Positions 61,719 through 64,000 of a stretch of DNA of 64,000 bases are shown piece by piece. The notes beneath the pieces are model-generated. The model searched no databases and was not told the origin of the DNA. It was given only the letters and a program-made list of their open reading frames with translations. The position numbers were made by a program, and so were the translations under genes. Source of the stretch: Eledone cirrhosa (lineage: Eukaryota); assembly GCA_964016885.1 (NCBI GenBank), contig CAXHJY010001446.1:35403-99402 (forward strand), written 5' to 3'. Position 1 is the stretch's first letter. The number at the start of each line of letters is the position of its first letter.

Positions 61719-62655
61719 ACACACACACAGACTGCCCGAACAGAGACTACACACACACACTGCCTCAACAGAGACTACACACACACACTGCCTCAACAGA
61801 GACTACACACACACACACACTGCCCCAACAGACACTACACACACACACTGCCCGAACAGAGACTACACACACACTGCCCGAACAGAGACTACACACACAG
61901 ACTGCCCGAACAGAGACTACACACACACACTGCCCGAACAGAGACTACACACACACACTGCCTCAACAGAGACTACACACACACACACACTGCCCCAACA
62001 GACACTACACACACACACTGCCCGAACAGAGACTACACACACACTGCCCGAACAGAGACTACACACACACTGCCCGAACAGAGACTACACACACAGACTG
62101 CCCGAACAGAGACTACACACACACACTGCCCGAACAGAGACTACACACACACTGCCCGAACAGAGACTACACACACACACTGCCCGAACAGAGACTACAC
62201 ACACACACTGCCTCAACAGAGACTACACACACACACACACTGCCCCAACAGACACTACACACACACACTGCCCGAACAGAGACTACACACACACTGCCCG
62301 AACAGAGACTACACACACACTGCCCGAACAGAGACTACACACACAGACTGCCCGAACAGAGACTACACACAGACACTGCCCGAACAGAGACTACACACAC
62401 ACACTGCCCGAACAGAGACTACACACACACACTGCCTCAACAGAGACTACACACACACACACACTGCCCCAACAGACACTACACACACACACTGCCCGAA
62501 CAGAGACTACACACACACACTGCCCGAACAGAGACTACACACACACTGCCCGAACAGAGACTACACACACACTGCCCGAACAGAGACTACACACACACAC
62601 TGCCTCAACAGAGACTACACACACACACACACTGCCCCAACAGACACTACACACA
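61719..62655. repeat. Minisatellite CTGCCCGAACAGAGACTA(CA)n, ~26-32-bp units
   Basis: About 30 directly visible units in three variants. Confidence 0.95.
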
Positions 62656-64000
62656 TCCTATGCCCTCGACTGTTGCTATATCGACTCCCAATGGATGAAA
62701 GCCACAGTTGACAATGAAGGGATTAAAACTCAGTTCATATAAACCTCAACTAATTTCACCCATCTAACACATGTCAATTCGCCTATAACTATCCTCATTA
62801 CTACTATTTTAATTATATTTTTATATCATTTCCTGTCCATACAATTACCTTCCTTCCAGTCTTCTCAAATCATGAAAGCAACAAAAGATTTGTGAATCTG
62901 GGATTCTTGTTTACGAGATGTGAAACCTTTTTTAAAGAAAGAAAATAGTATTATTTTCAGTCTAGTTTATAAAAGTATTTGAATTCTTCCCATAAAGACG
63001 CAGTCGGTTCCAAATAAAGTAACAAACATCCATTCCTAGAATGTAAATAAATACACTACACAAGATTTGTTGAATTTCAGAGGAGTTTTGTATAATTTTA
63101 TTTGTCATGTTTTTTTTTTGCCTGAAAAGCCCAGTTTTGCGAGATGAATATTTTGATATTTAGTAACATATAAAAGACAACCAATCATTATAGATACATT
63201 ATATATTTGTTTTGACGCCTGTTCCTGCTACATTTTGAAATCGCATTTTCTCATCTCAGATCATTGTTTTAGCTGGTTGTCCTAACATTTTGCGTTTTGA
63301 CTGGAATATTCCACCAGTATTTCTTCTATGGGTGTATATGTCTTCTACTGCATTGTATATTCTCATTTCGATGTCGATAAAAAAAATTACTAGTTATATA
63401 CTGGTTCCATTCTTCCTCTGTATCTCTTTCCAACTTCTTTTTGTCCCTCACTCTCCTCTTATCAGACCCGGGAAGGGACGGGTTGCCCCAGATTTAAAAT
63501 GGTACTACGGCCCTCCTACCAATGCATCAGGAGTTACAGATCCATAAATACACAAAATGACTCGCAGTATTTTCACTTGTTAAAATCAGAAATATTTATC
63601 TTGTTCATGATGAATCCCTTTGAGAATTAAATACATTAGCGTACACGTGCCTGTGGAGGGCTCAAATATTTGTTTGTTAATTTCAGGATTAAACTGTTTC
63701 CATTGGTCATATCAAGTAGAAGACTCGTTACTGGAGCGGACGTGGGCTTCCAACATACGTACCTAAATTACTGTTATAGCGTTTCCTACGAAACTCCCTC
63801 AATATCTCATACACGACCCTAACGTCAACTATAATTAACCTTTTGTCAGATTCCTCTTTAATCACAGCCAACATTCTTATAATAGACAGGGACACATTGA
63901 ACAATGTAAGTTTATATATATGCAAAGGCGACATAATTGATATATATATATATTGGGTATTTATATAATTTTTATTTATGTCTAATGTTTCTTCTTTCTT

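Noticed and set aside
61650-62711. 353-aa His/Thr-rich ORF, or a CRISPR-like array
   Set aside because: The minisatellite has no stops, units shift frame, there are no unique spacers and no cas genes, and the context is eukaryotic.

Overview
AT-rich animal DNA, intergenic or intronic, with no recognisable host gene. The SINE families resemble those described from Octopus (from memory; not confirmed by search). Roughly a quarter of the window is interrupted (TA)n microsatellite, and nearly all long ORFs in the supplied track (YIYI...) are artefacts of it. The real coding remnants are retroelements, most with ends embedded in (TA)n: an RTE LINE 3' part (7169-8576), two divergently arranged CR1-type LINEs (25993-27988 and 30070-32749), two Penelope-like elements (PLEs) with RT and GIY-YIG domains (47451-48980 and 52321-53805), and decayed Expander/Rex3-like and R4/Dong-like fragments. 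Also present are two main tRNA-SINE groups, an RTE-derived non-autonomous element, MITEs, Helitron-like ends and a minisatellite. The main non-obvious signal is RNA structure. At least five unrelated short element families carry readable type-I hammerhead ribozymes (CUGANGA...GAAA...NUH), mostly inside fold-back (inverted-repeat) insertions. Many of these families also share an ACTC-N12-32-GAGTRCT motif that lies a few bases beyond the end of the inverted arm. One hammerhead sits in a ~470-nt partial-tandem, retrozyme-like unit. All structure calls were made by eye and need covariance-model and cleavage tests.
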